Shown piece by piece: positions 53,301 to 64,000 of a stretch of 64,000 nucleotides of DNA. The notes beneath the pieces were generated by a model. The model was not told the origin of the DNA. It worked only from the letters and a program-made list of their open reading frames with translations, and did not search any database. A program made the translations under genes and the position numbers. The DNA is from Lingula anatina (lineage: Eukaryota > Animalia > Brachiopoda): NCBI GenBank assembly GCA_051362555.1, contig CM120648.1, forward strand, positions 18,534,587 through 18,598,586. The letters run 5' to 3'. Every line of letters starts with the position of its first letter. Positions within the stretch are counted from its first letter, which is position 1.

Positions 53301-54447
53301 TTCAATTCTTAGGCATGTTAACAGTCTCATTATTGAACTAATAAGATATGTAAAAGTGTGTGTTTGATATTTCCTGCATCTTTACAACATTGTTAGTTGA
53401 TTATGTAAAAATGATGGTAAACTTGTTATCATGTATTGTGTAATCAAGTGTCCAAAACGGAAATAAACTCATATCATTGCAGTTTGTCAGATTCAATCAT
53501 CCACATCTGCCATGATGACCATGATGGGAAAACCGTGTTCGTTATGATTGTCAAACTTTCAAAAAAGAAACACAGGACTAAAATGCAGCCCAAGTTGGAA
53601 AAGCAGTCTAATGGGCTTCTTTTTCTGGAAGTTATTCATTTTAGTGAAATATTCATTATCTTTTTGGCATATTCATTGTGGGACTCGGAGCTCCCATGGA
53701 CATGAAGCCGGATGGTAATCAAATTTTCTACATGTTCATGCTATTTATAGTCAATAATCAAAAATTGGTGATAATTATTCTATAATTTATTATGTAATGT
53801 TACATCAAAATTGACAATAATCTTTTTGCACTGCTACTGCAAACATTATGAAAAGAAAACTGTGTTATTTATTATTATATTTAACTTAAGAGTATGATTT
53901 TTAGGATCGGCATGCAGTTCAAATTAGAAAGCCAGGTCAATTGGGTTATCATTTATTATTGAATTTAATGCAATTTTGTGTGAAATTTCATTTTTCTCAT
54001 TCTGGCACTTTTTAAGTATAAACTTGAACTCTGATGGGCCTGAAGCCTTATGCTTTTACTCTCATTGGTGTTACCTGTTGTGCAAAATTAAAATTTGATG
54101 TTGACTGTACAGTTAAACATAATGTATTATTGCATCAGAAGTGGTAGTCTCCTATTTTGTGCATTATTGTTTTGTGCTCTTCTTAAGTTGTGACTTATGG
54201 GCCTGAAAGACCTTTGAGAGGGTCAGTCTATAAATTTCCCTTGGGTATCACTTCGCTAATTTCAGTTATAAAGTAATTTGCCTAATTGATAGGCTACATA
54301 AAGCACACTTGTGATTTGAGATTACATAAAGCACACTTGTTGATATTTCCCTGTAAACTCCCATAGGTTAAGCTCTCTGCTAGATTAATAATAAGGAAGC
54401 AGTGATAATTATGCAGGTAAATTTTGTTTAATATTGCAAATAAGTTT

Positions 54448-54524
<77 letters not shown>

Positions 54525-55319
54525 AACTGAAAGATTAAAAGTTTGAATAGCAGCTTCATTGGAATTATATTTACCTCTGCCAAGGAGGTTATATTTTCAC
54601 CCCTGTTTGTCATCAACATAACTCAAAAAGTTATGGACCGATTTTGCTGAAATTTTCAGGAACTGTCAGAAGTGGGCCAAAGAGGACAAAAATCAATAAT
54701 AATCAACAATTGCTACCTTGGCAGAGGTCTGCACTCTCGGAGTGCTTTTCTAGTTTTGTTGTTTTCCTTTATAATTTTTTCTCAAACACTTGCATTTGTG
54801 ACAACTCTCATCCGCCTGAGACTCTGACATTTCTGTTTTTCCACATAAGCAGTTGTATTGTTTTTTATGTCTTTAAACATTATGTTACTTATGTAATATT
54901 ATTTTATGCACTGTCATCATTTTTCAAATATTGAGACTTACATCATGTGAATTTGAACTCTCATGGTCCTGAAACTGTAATCTTATTGAAAGGGTAGATT
55001 GAGACCATCTTCTGGGACTTCCGGAAGACAGTCAGGTTATTAAGTTTATATTGCCTGGTATCTATTTTTTCTTCTGTTGGAAGACCATCAAAATGGAGGA
55101 TGGATCAAAATAGATACTTTGGAATACTGTCAGAAAATATCTCTGGGTCCGCTCATGTTATTGACCATTTTACCTGTTGTGCATGATTAAAATTCAGTGT
55201 TGACTGACAGTGCTATTATAAGCATTATTTATTATTGCATCAAAATTGACAAAATGACCTATTTTGCATCTTTATTTTCTGTTTTTTGTCTGTACATTTG
55301 ACAGCTTTGCTGCCTTGTT
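50372..55319 (+). mobile_element. Second long Helentron-like copy with about 9 x 161-bp repeats
   Basis: Same 5' palindrome and (GTCGCC)n head and same 3' end as 43463-47550. About 53500-55319 is a close copy of about 45770-47550. Confidence 0.75.
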
Positions 55320-56286
55320 ATCTATCTAGATCTATTTTACTCAAAGTTTGTTTTACCCTGATATAAATAACGCACCATAGTATTTTTGGGAATTTCTCAA
55401 TTCAGTTGAATTCAAAATTTTTTATTGAGCTGCGATGTAACGACTTTTGTCATCGTGAAAATGTAAGATTTTACCTAACACACTAATACCCAATGCATTT
55501 TCCATTTGAAAAAAAAAAAAAAAAAACATTTCCACCAATTTAGAGTAGGTACGAGGGAGTTTTTGTGCAGGGATGGAGCAATAAGGGGGAGTATCGGTGC
55601 AGGAAAATATAAGTACAGGAAGTATTGGTGCGGGAAATTTAAACTGTGACGTACCTTATACACATATAGGTACTGGGAATTGTCGGCACGGGGGTTGTAT
55701 AGGTACGGAGGAGTATTTGTGCGGGGACTTAAAGCACAGGGGAGTATCGATCAAGGGACATACACAGATAGGTAGGGAGAGAATTGGTGCCGGGGTGTAT
55801 AAGGTATGCTGCCGTTTAGTAGCAGTAGCGAAAGTGTACCAGTATTATGTTAAAAATTTGACGTTGTGACAGGAAAGGTAGTTTTAATGGGTGGATTCAA
55901 ACATGGTCGTATAGGCACGATCTGTACATATTTCTGTAACATACATTGAGAACTCCAATAACCTTTTCCCAGCCTATTTTATCTTGATATTATCCTCCTC
56001 TGTGCTGCTCCTTCATTTACTGTTTAAATTCACTTCCTTTCTTGAATGCCACTCCTTCCATCATCTCAGCATCATCATTTAGACATAGCTGTTCAGTCTT
56101 GCTACTACTCACCTCCATCCTGTTACTCTCAAGCACATATGCAGGCATCCACCTCTCTAGATTTTCTCTCGCTTCCTCTCTGCTATTGCTTCACAATAAA
56201 TATAACATCTGCAAACATCATCATTCACCTTATCCATAATCCATGAGTCCTTTTGTCAATGTGAAGCATCACATTTGTATTACCAG

Positions 56287-56517
56287 GTGAGTTTAATGAA
56301 CGGCTTCGCCGATTGTGTGAAAGTGGTAAGATTCCAGTATACCGACAGCGAGTAGCTATTGTTGGACCTTACGGTGTGGGAAAGACTCATCTCGCCAAGC
56401 GCCTCATCCATGAGGAATATATCAAAGAAGAAGATGCAAATACAACTGGCGTGAATATATACCGCCATAGGTGTGTTGTCCATAAAGCTGGCCGATCCTG
56501 TTGGATCAGAGGAAAAG
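56287..56517 (+). CDS. Roc (ROCO-family) GTPase N-terminal exon, G1/G2 boxes
   Basis: taccag|...|gtaagc, 231 nt, phase 1-1. Reads EFNERLRRLCESGKIPVYRQRVAIVGPYGVGKTHLAKRLIHEEYIKEEDANTTGVNIYRHRCVV..W. The GxxxxGKT, TxGV and GxxxxYxxRxxxVG lead-in are typical of invertebrate Roc-COR proteins. Confidence 0.8.
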
Positions 56518-56849
56518 GTAAGCAGAATAAAGGAAAACATTTGACACATATGGAATTTGTTTATAAAGAATACGAAGAACAGCAGATAAGACATTTTCAA
56601 TTTTACCGCATAACCCACAATAAGGAATTATACATACGTGTACATGTGGGTGTCGAAATGTGTCCTTCCCTATCTTAGTATGGTAGACGAGGGGCTGAGT
56701 GAAATAGCACCTAAATAAGTGGTGCCTTTGTATTGTTATCAATCAATTGACATACATGACGCTTTACAATCTACTCCTACAGCCCATTGATTATTTTTTA
56801 ACTGGGTATAAACACGATAATTTCATTCTCTGTAAAAACACCATGCTTT

Positions 56850-57335
56850 ATTATGTACAGACACAGATGTGTCTGTACATATAGCCATCATCTGCGTCCG
56901 TCGTCGCCGTCGTCGCCGTCGCCATGCACTTTTACCGATAACACGATAAGTGGAAAACCATTTTACCTTTTGACTTGAAACTTGCAGAACTGATGAATAT
57001 TCATAATACGCAGGTCAAGTTCGAAAATCAGCATGATCGGGTCACTTTTAGGGAATTTATGCTGTTTTTTCACTTTTTTCAGCATATATGCAGCACCGAT
57101 AACACGATAAGTGGAAAACCATTTTACCTTTTGCCTTGAAACTTGCAGAACTGATGAATATTCATAATACGCAGGTCAAGTTTGAAAATCAGCATGATCG
57201 GGTCACTTTTAGGGAATTTATGCTGTTTTTTCACTTTTTTCAGCATATATGCAGCACCGATAACACGATAAGTGGAAAACCATTTTACCTTTTGACTTGA
57301 AACTTACAGAACTGATGAATATTCATAATACGCAG
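56850..57335 (+). mobile_element. 5' part of the Helentron-like family (about 2.5 x 161-bp units)
   Basis: Same palindromic head and repeat unit, truncated at about 57335. Confidence 0.8.
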
Positions 57336-57336
57336 T

Positions 57337-57654
57337 ATGGAACGCCATTCACGCAAAAAATGCAGACGTCAATTCAACAATCTATCGTCACTATTTAACA
57401 ACCAAAACCTACTTTAACTATCTAAACTTAATTCTACTAAATTAGTTTTGGTCATTTTAATCATTCGTCAAAATCTAACAATCAATAATAACGATTCAAA
57501 AGTCAATTACCGCAACTCAACAATCAGTCACCGCAACTCAACAATCAGTTATCGCAACTCAACAATCAGTTACTGCAAACGGTCATTCGCGGACTTAACA
57601 CCAGATGGCGCGCGCGCACCGTCAGCGATCTGAAACGTCCTTGACCTTTTCCAT
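57337..57654. repeat. Repeat of about 310 bp present in inverted orientation at about 63692-64000
   Basis: CGCCATTCACGCAAAAAATGCAGACGTCAA ... CACCGTCAGCGATCTGAAACGTCCTTGACCTTTTCCAT, with its reverse complement at the window end. Confidence 0.8.
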
Positions 57655-57989
57655 CGTTTTAACAGTATTAAAATACGTGGTGCCTCGATTTGAAACCATT
57701 CAGCTTAAATTGTGTTTTTAATCTCCAAATACTTAAAAAAATCAATAAAGCTAATCGACAAGAACCTATTATATTGTATCTTTTATATTAATTATTATTA
57801 CATATCACAATAATAAACGAGTCGCCTTTTGATGTACGCCCGGCTATAACCTCTATTAAAAAATATCAATTTTTATGAGATTCGTATTGTTTGGTTCCAT
57901 TGCCTCGCTTTCAAAAATTAGAACAGGCGCTCCAAAATCGTAAGATGAAGTTAAAATTTTTATATTGGCCGAGTTCGCCACCGACTAGA

Positions 57990-59713
57990 ATGCCGATACA
58001 CCCCCACTGATACTCCCGCGTACCAATACTCCACAAAAACACTACTCCCCAAAGCAAAGATTCCCTGGGCTTTGTAGACACAAATCGTGATTCAAAACCC
58101 TTTCTATTATGCTATTTTTTTCAAAGTTGCACAACCCTCTTGGGACATATAATTGACACATTTTATTCGAAATATATTGGGGAAAATAAAGGGCGTTACT
58201 CGAAGTCGATCTCAGACTTTGCGTGCAGCTTAACAGTCCGTAGGCCTACAGCTATGCCTTGTAAATTTGAGAAATGTTTGTGCAAAATTAATATTGTTCT
58301 CCTACTGTAGTTACCGTATTTATATTATACGCCCTTTTATTTATTTACTTAAGGCAAAGTTAGTTTTAATCTAAGATGACGCAGCTATGTCTTTTCCTCA
58401 GGCAACGATGATTTTGTTTAATTATTAAATAATAAAAAAGCAGTGCTAAAGCGCTTCGTTTTCTGTTATCTTCCTCCAACCTTCTTTTCTGCTCTTAAAC
58501 TTCTTTCCCTTGTCTTTTGGAGGCATATTAGAATCTGAATTGAGCAAAATTCAAAATTTTTGAAAATTGTTGGACAACGAAATTGTAGAGACACGAGCAT
58601 GCGTCGTGAGCACACCTTTTATTCTCGCAGTCCCGCCGTGTTTTCGACTTACTTCGTCATAGATGTGAGGGCGTGCGCCGTACTCAACACGCAAAGGGCA
58701 CTTTCTCTTTCATTGCTTGCGACGTGCATCTTGGACCACGCAAGTCTCACTTGCAAACTCCTCGCAAACTCCTTGCGAGGGAGCAAGTTACGCTTGTGGC
58801 CTCGCTGTTTAAAGATTATTTAAACAGCGAGGCCGCAAGCGTAACTTGAGATTATTTGTAGAATAAAGCGTAACAAAGATTATTTGTAGAATCTATTGGA
58901 AATGTTTAGTATCCTCCGTACGTGCTTACATACGTGCGAACTCGAAATTTCGCATAAAGGACTTGCGTGGCACGTGAGATTCTCCGCAAAATTTGGACTC
59001 AAACGGGTCGTAAGAGCCCGTGCGGCCGGTTGTGACCGAGACTAATGTGTTGTCGCCCAAGATTTTTTAGGAACTTTGCGGCTTCTTTTGTATAATACCG
59101 ATGCTCAATTGTAAGCAATTAAGATTTGTATGCACTGCGCAATAGCATAAAAACAACATCACCAAGGATCTCCCTGTGGCCATTATTTTTTTCACTTATC
59201 TCACCAATATCCAAAGCGTTTTTCCATTTGAAAAAAGTATTTCTTATACAATGTAGGCCGTGCTTCCGAGTAGTTGACCAATTTTTCAAATCTATATGTG
59301 AAAAAAATCGATGCAAGGTGACAGACTCTCCCATGATAGACAGTCCGGTTCCCAACAATTTGCATATAGGTAATTCAGCCCCGCCCTAGATTTTGACCCA
59401 CTTTCGTCGATTGACCCTAACCTGTAGCCTATAATTAAATGGATGGATGACTCTCCGTTACCCAGACCCTCAGTTTCGTGGAAATTGCATAGGGGGAGTA
59501 ATAATGCGGGGAGTAGGGCCTATCGTTGCGGGGGAGTAACGGTGCGCGTATAGGCCTAACGGCAATTCTAGAGGGGATTTATCGATGCGGGGATCTATCG
59601 GAGTGAGGTTGTATCGACGTGCATAATGCAAAAATTTACTAAGGGGAAGTATCGGTGCGGGGGAGTATTAGTACGGGGGAGTATTGGTGCGGGGGAGTAT
59701 CGGCATGACCCCC
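57990..59713. mobile_element. Non-autonomous element with repetitive GGGGGAGTATCGGTGC termini (Mutator-like?)
   Basis: ATGCCGATACACCCCC... on the left and ...GGGGGAGTATCGGCAT on the right, CTAGAAT near both ends. Related motifs at 55585-55800. Confidence 0.45.
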
Positions 59714-60092
59714 TAGAATATCCTCACAGCATTATCTGCAATTTTTTAATGTATTTTGCAATATAATTTTCATTCCTCCCGATGATTAATTTTATTAATC
59801 AAGAGTGGGGGAGGGGTGGAAAATCCCCTTGGTGCCACATATAACACTATAAATGCGAAAGGAATTACCCTATTTGTGAAGAGAAAATAAATGTATTTGT
59901 TTATTTCAAACAGCGTACTTTTCGCGCATGCGCAGTAGTTTGAGACCTGTGCTATTCCGCATATTATTCGAGTAGGAACTACATGTGGTTCATTGCCATA
60001 TCTTATTTCAGTATGATGTGATTGAACGCAATCCTACTATTATATACTTAACTATATCATGACAATACGAACACGATGAACCACATGTACTC

Positions 60093-63000
60093 CAGCCATT
60101 CCACGAAAAGGGGTACAATTCCAAAACAAGAAATGCAGCGATATGAACTTTGCAAAACTGGAAAACTTTTTATATTATTTTGATGAAGAGGTATTCAGAA
60201 AGTAGTAGAAGAATTTTAACCCACACCATTACTGTATTTAAAGAAATATGCACGTGTAAACATGGTACAGTATTTTTTTCGTTACGGAGGTTAGGTAACA
60301 TCTAAATTAGGTTATATTTCAATCATGCCAAAGGTCACAGGCTCCATATTTGATTCAATTATTAAGAATTTGTATGTATTCAAAATATTATTGCCCATTA
60401 AAGATTTCTCTTCAATTATAGAAAATGCGGTGCAAACACATTGGTAATAAGTGGCTCGTTTTCTATAAATACAAAGGCTGAGATATTCCAATTTAAATAT
60501 TTTATTAATCGTTGGGGACAGACTTGCTTTTTTATCATACTATTTGTTTATGAACAAAGTGCTATCAATCTATTATGATATTAGCATTGATCAATGAGCA
60601 CACACATATCCAGTGTTCAAATGAAAAAGGAGTAATTTCGTAACGGAGGTTAGGTCATTCTACATAGGTCAGCGATCATATATTTGTTTTGATATTTTTA
60701 GCTTAAGGTAGACTTTAGAAGATGAATTCGGAATTTAAAGTATTACAGATACGACAAATTTACATAATAACATAGAAAAATTGATAAAACATGTTTATTC
60801 AAACCATTAAATGGCAAATGGTTACAACGGGTTGTTTTGCTTACTTTCAAGGACTTCATAAATACATTTACCACTAATGGATACATTTCACTGCTAATAT
60901 GTTGATCTATGTATCTGTAGAATTCACATTCCATCTTTTACCAGAGTAAGAGTTTAATTTATAATCTTAGTAACAGAGGTAAGGTAAAACTCTAGTCTAA
61001 ATTATGTCATACATGTACATTTAAACCGTTCAAAATCTTTCACAAGAAAAGCTTCACGGTCATTAGATTTTTTTCTTTCTCTGTAGTGTTTTTGTCGCTC
61101 TGTATTTGTTAGTGGCACATTGGTGTCTGTATAACAAAACATTAAACCTACATGCACATGATCGCAGTTAGGCCACACTTTTTTATTTTTATGGATGACA
61201 TCCTCTGGGGACCCCAAAATCGGTGCGAGCGGGCGAAAAAAAAAAAAAACTGCTTAAGAAAAGTTATGTTTTCAGTACACAGCTGGAAACACTAATTTAC
61301 CACAGAAACACGTATCAAACTAACAACATGTCTTTATCCATGCTCTCAAAATATTAAAGCATTGTGAATAGGGTCTACTTCGTAGAAAGGTAAAAAGTCA
61401 TGAATATATATATGCTGCATATTACCAAATCTATTTAAGGTTATTTCATGCATTCTGTTGGTATAGCAATCAATAAAACAAATATCAAATAAACAGTCTT
61501 TATTTGTACTCTCAGAAAATTTAAGCATTGTGAACACTTCACAGAATTGTTAAAAAATGAAGCAAAGATAGGCCTATGCTTCCTACTACCAAATCTAAAA
61601 AAGGTAATTTCGGTCGATGCCATTTTTTCTACTTCGACTCACACGTAGCAGCCAACTATTGGGTGGCCTGTCCGACCTTCAGTCCACCAAATACCAAGAC
61701 GCTCTTGTCGACCCTTTTTTCGCTACAAAAAAAAACCTGGTAAGCCTATGTGCTGCTTTGGACAGAATGTCACTGAAATTTTCCGGGCGATGATCGCTGG
61801 CCGCGGCCAGCCTTTCGTATAATTGTAAAAAGGTGATATCTCCATGTCCAATATCAATGGCAAACCAATCCAAAACGACGGCCCCCGTTCTCTTTATGAC
61901 TTTAATTGTCGTGTATTTTGAAATTAATGCTAGAGATGAATTTGACGGCAAAGTGGCCATATTTCCACGTGGTGATAATACGCATGCGCAGAAAGCTCAT
62001 TTTCCGCACTCGGAACTGCTCGGATGTCTCCACAGTCGACAATGACAGCATGGAGCTTGCGGAATTAGCCGAGGATTGCCGATTGCATTTTCCGGCAAAT
62101 TCAATAACGACGTTTGCGACAACCGACTTCTTTGGGGGGGGGGGGAGGGGGGGATTTTTTTTTTTTTTTTTTTTTTGGAGAACGGACGAAAATCGGTGCG
62201 CGCGCAGGATGTCATCCATAAAATTAAAAAAGTGTGGCCTTATAGGCAATAAAAACAACAAAATACCCGAGAAAGTTAATGCATACAATCAAGTAGGCCG
62301 ACAATAGACACGTGTTTGCCAATAACTGTCCATTTAAAGTAACTGGAAGCATCTAGAAGATGATAAAAACAATTATGTGCTACTGAAATAGTAAAATAGG
62401 ACCTAATAATCCCGCAGTTCTACCTGATAAATGTAACTGTAGCTTCAATGCTTAATATATTTCGCCATGTGTCTCCCGCGAAAATAATGTCTGCTACATG
62501 CACGTTAGTACTGATGTCAGCTAGTACCATTTTTCTTGCAAAGACAGTCCTGAAAACTACTCATTTCGCTTAAAATCAGAATGATAAGTTCAAAAAGGCA
62601 TCGTCAAGTGACAAACGGAAATCAATTCGATAAAACAAATCGCGATTTACCCTCGATTTCATAGCAAACTGGAGTAAAAAACTTAGATCATTAGCCTTTC
62701 TTGATAGAATTATCAGCTATATATGTATATTTTATATCTATATTAATGCGGGGTAATGTCTTTAACAGCAAGCAGTATGAATGCATACTACATCAGAACA
62801 TAGAAGTAGAACTATTTATATGATCCGAATTAACTCACAAAACCACAGAAATAACGTTTTGAAGTATTAACAGTCATTTTTATAACAATTAACTTATTTC
62901 GTAACGGAGGTTAGCATAACGGACGTAAGGTGACACGCATTCTTTTTCAGTTTTTATCCTCGGGAAAACTTTGCATAACTATTGAATGAATTTTTTAGGA

Positions 63001-63668
63001 AGAAGTTGGTCCTTGCTTAACAAAAATGATGTTTTTAACTTTCTAAAGCAACATTTTCTTCAAATTTGGTCCGTTACTGAGGTTAGGCTCTTAAATGCGA
63101 CACCCCGACTTTTGTGAGTTAACATTCTCTATGATGGAACGCATCATTCAAAATTAACAAATAGCACTGTTTTATTAAACTTCATGTATTATGAGTTTGA
63201 AAAATGCACAGGAAGGCCATTTAAGAGCATTTTCATTTATTCTTACATTGACTTAAAAAACCGTTACGGAGGTTAGGGGTTACTGAGCGACATTGATTAA
63301 ACTATGACAGTGACGTAAGTAACCTACAAATTCGACAGAGATCACCATGTATGATAAAAAGAAACATGAATTCAAATTAGTTGAGGACTAAAAACACTAA
63401 AACACGGGAAAATATAAACTTTTTTTTGTGGCAAATCAGCTATAATACCGAAGCGACACGTCGAAATCGTGCTTTTTGCGGCATATAGACCCCCGGGGTT
63501 CCCGTCAAAGCAAGTGGTACTATATTAATTGTTGTTTTTTAAGTAGAACACATCGGGTCCAGCTAAAAAAGGCTAAAAAAAGCAAAACTGCAGATGCCTT
63601 TACTACCGAAAATAAGCTGCGACAGGTATTATTCAGAATTGTACCCTTTTTCGTGGAATGGCTGACTC
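60093..63668. mobile_element. DNA transposon remnant of about 3.6 kb (possibly Sola-like)
   Basis: TIR CAGCCATTCCACGAAAAGGGGTACAATTC / GAATTGTACCCTTTTTCGTGGAATGGCTG, recurrent TACGGAGGTTAGG-like motifs, and an ORF relic PLTNTERQKHYRERKK on the minus strand. Confidence 0.6.
61171..62239. mobile_element. Nested TIR element with TTA TSD (Zator or PIF/Harbinger type)
   Basis: TTA|GGCCACACTTTTTTATTTTTATGGATGACATCCT ... AGGATGTCATCCATAAAATTAAAAAAGTGTGGCC|TTA. Contains a truncated 93-aa ORF (61960-61679). Confidence 0.85.
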
Positions 63669-64000
63669 CCATAATATGCGGAATTGAAAACATGGAAAAG
63701 GTCAAGGACGTTTCAGATCGCTGACGGTGCGCGCACGCCAACTGGTGTTAAGTCCGCGAATGACCGTTTGCGACAACTGATTGTTGAGTTACGGCAACTG
63801 ATTGTTGAGTTGACGTCTGCATTTTTTGCGTGAATGGCGCACCATGCATTCGTGCCATTCACGCAAAAAATGCATTGTTGAGTTGCGGTAACTGACTTTT
63901 GAATCGTTTATTGACTGTTAGATTTTGACGAATGATTAAAATGACCACAACTAATTTAGTAGAATTAAGTTTAGATAGTTAAAGTAGGTTTTGGTTAAAT

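Noticed and set aside
59119-59389. Overlapping ORFs as a possible next Roc exon
   Set aside because: No G3/G4 or COR motifs, and they lie inside a putative transposon.

Overview
AT-rich, repeat-dense eukaryotic genomic DNA with GT-AG introns. Gene and repeat content suggest a marine invertebrate, probably a lophotrochozoan such as a mollusc (inference). By reading splice sites and frames by hand I can reconstruct: (1) the last five exons of a multi-CBM14 chitin-binding (peritrophin-A) gene (+, <1-5880); (2) a complete 6-exon, 302-aa 11-beta-hydroxysteroid dehydrogenase 1-like SDR (-, 13089-8645), three of whose splice junctions have been amplified into tandem arrays; (3) a likely 51-aa secreted peptide precursor with a 24-nt microexon (-, 20922-15905); (4) a BEN-domain exon; (5) a large NHL beta-propeller exon (38367-39317) whose phase-1 donor is in frame with a Roc-type P-loop GTPase exon about 17 kb downstream (56287-56517). 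Item 5 suggests an NHL-ROCO fusion gene and is the best candidate for something new. The rest is mostly transposon material (Tc1, Harbinger, piggyBac-like, Penelope, hAT, Helentron-like elements carrying satellites) and micro/minisatellites. All gene models are manual and lack transcript evidence.
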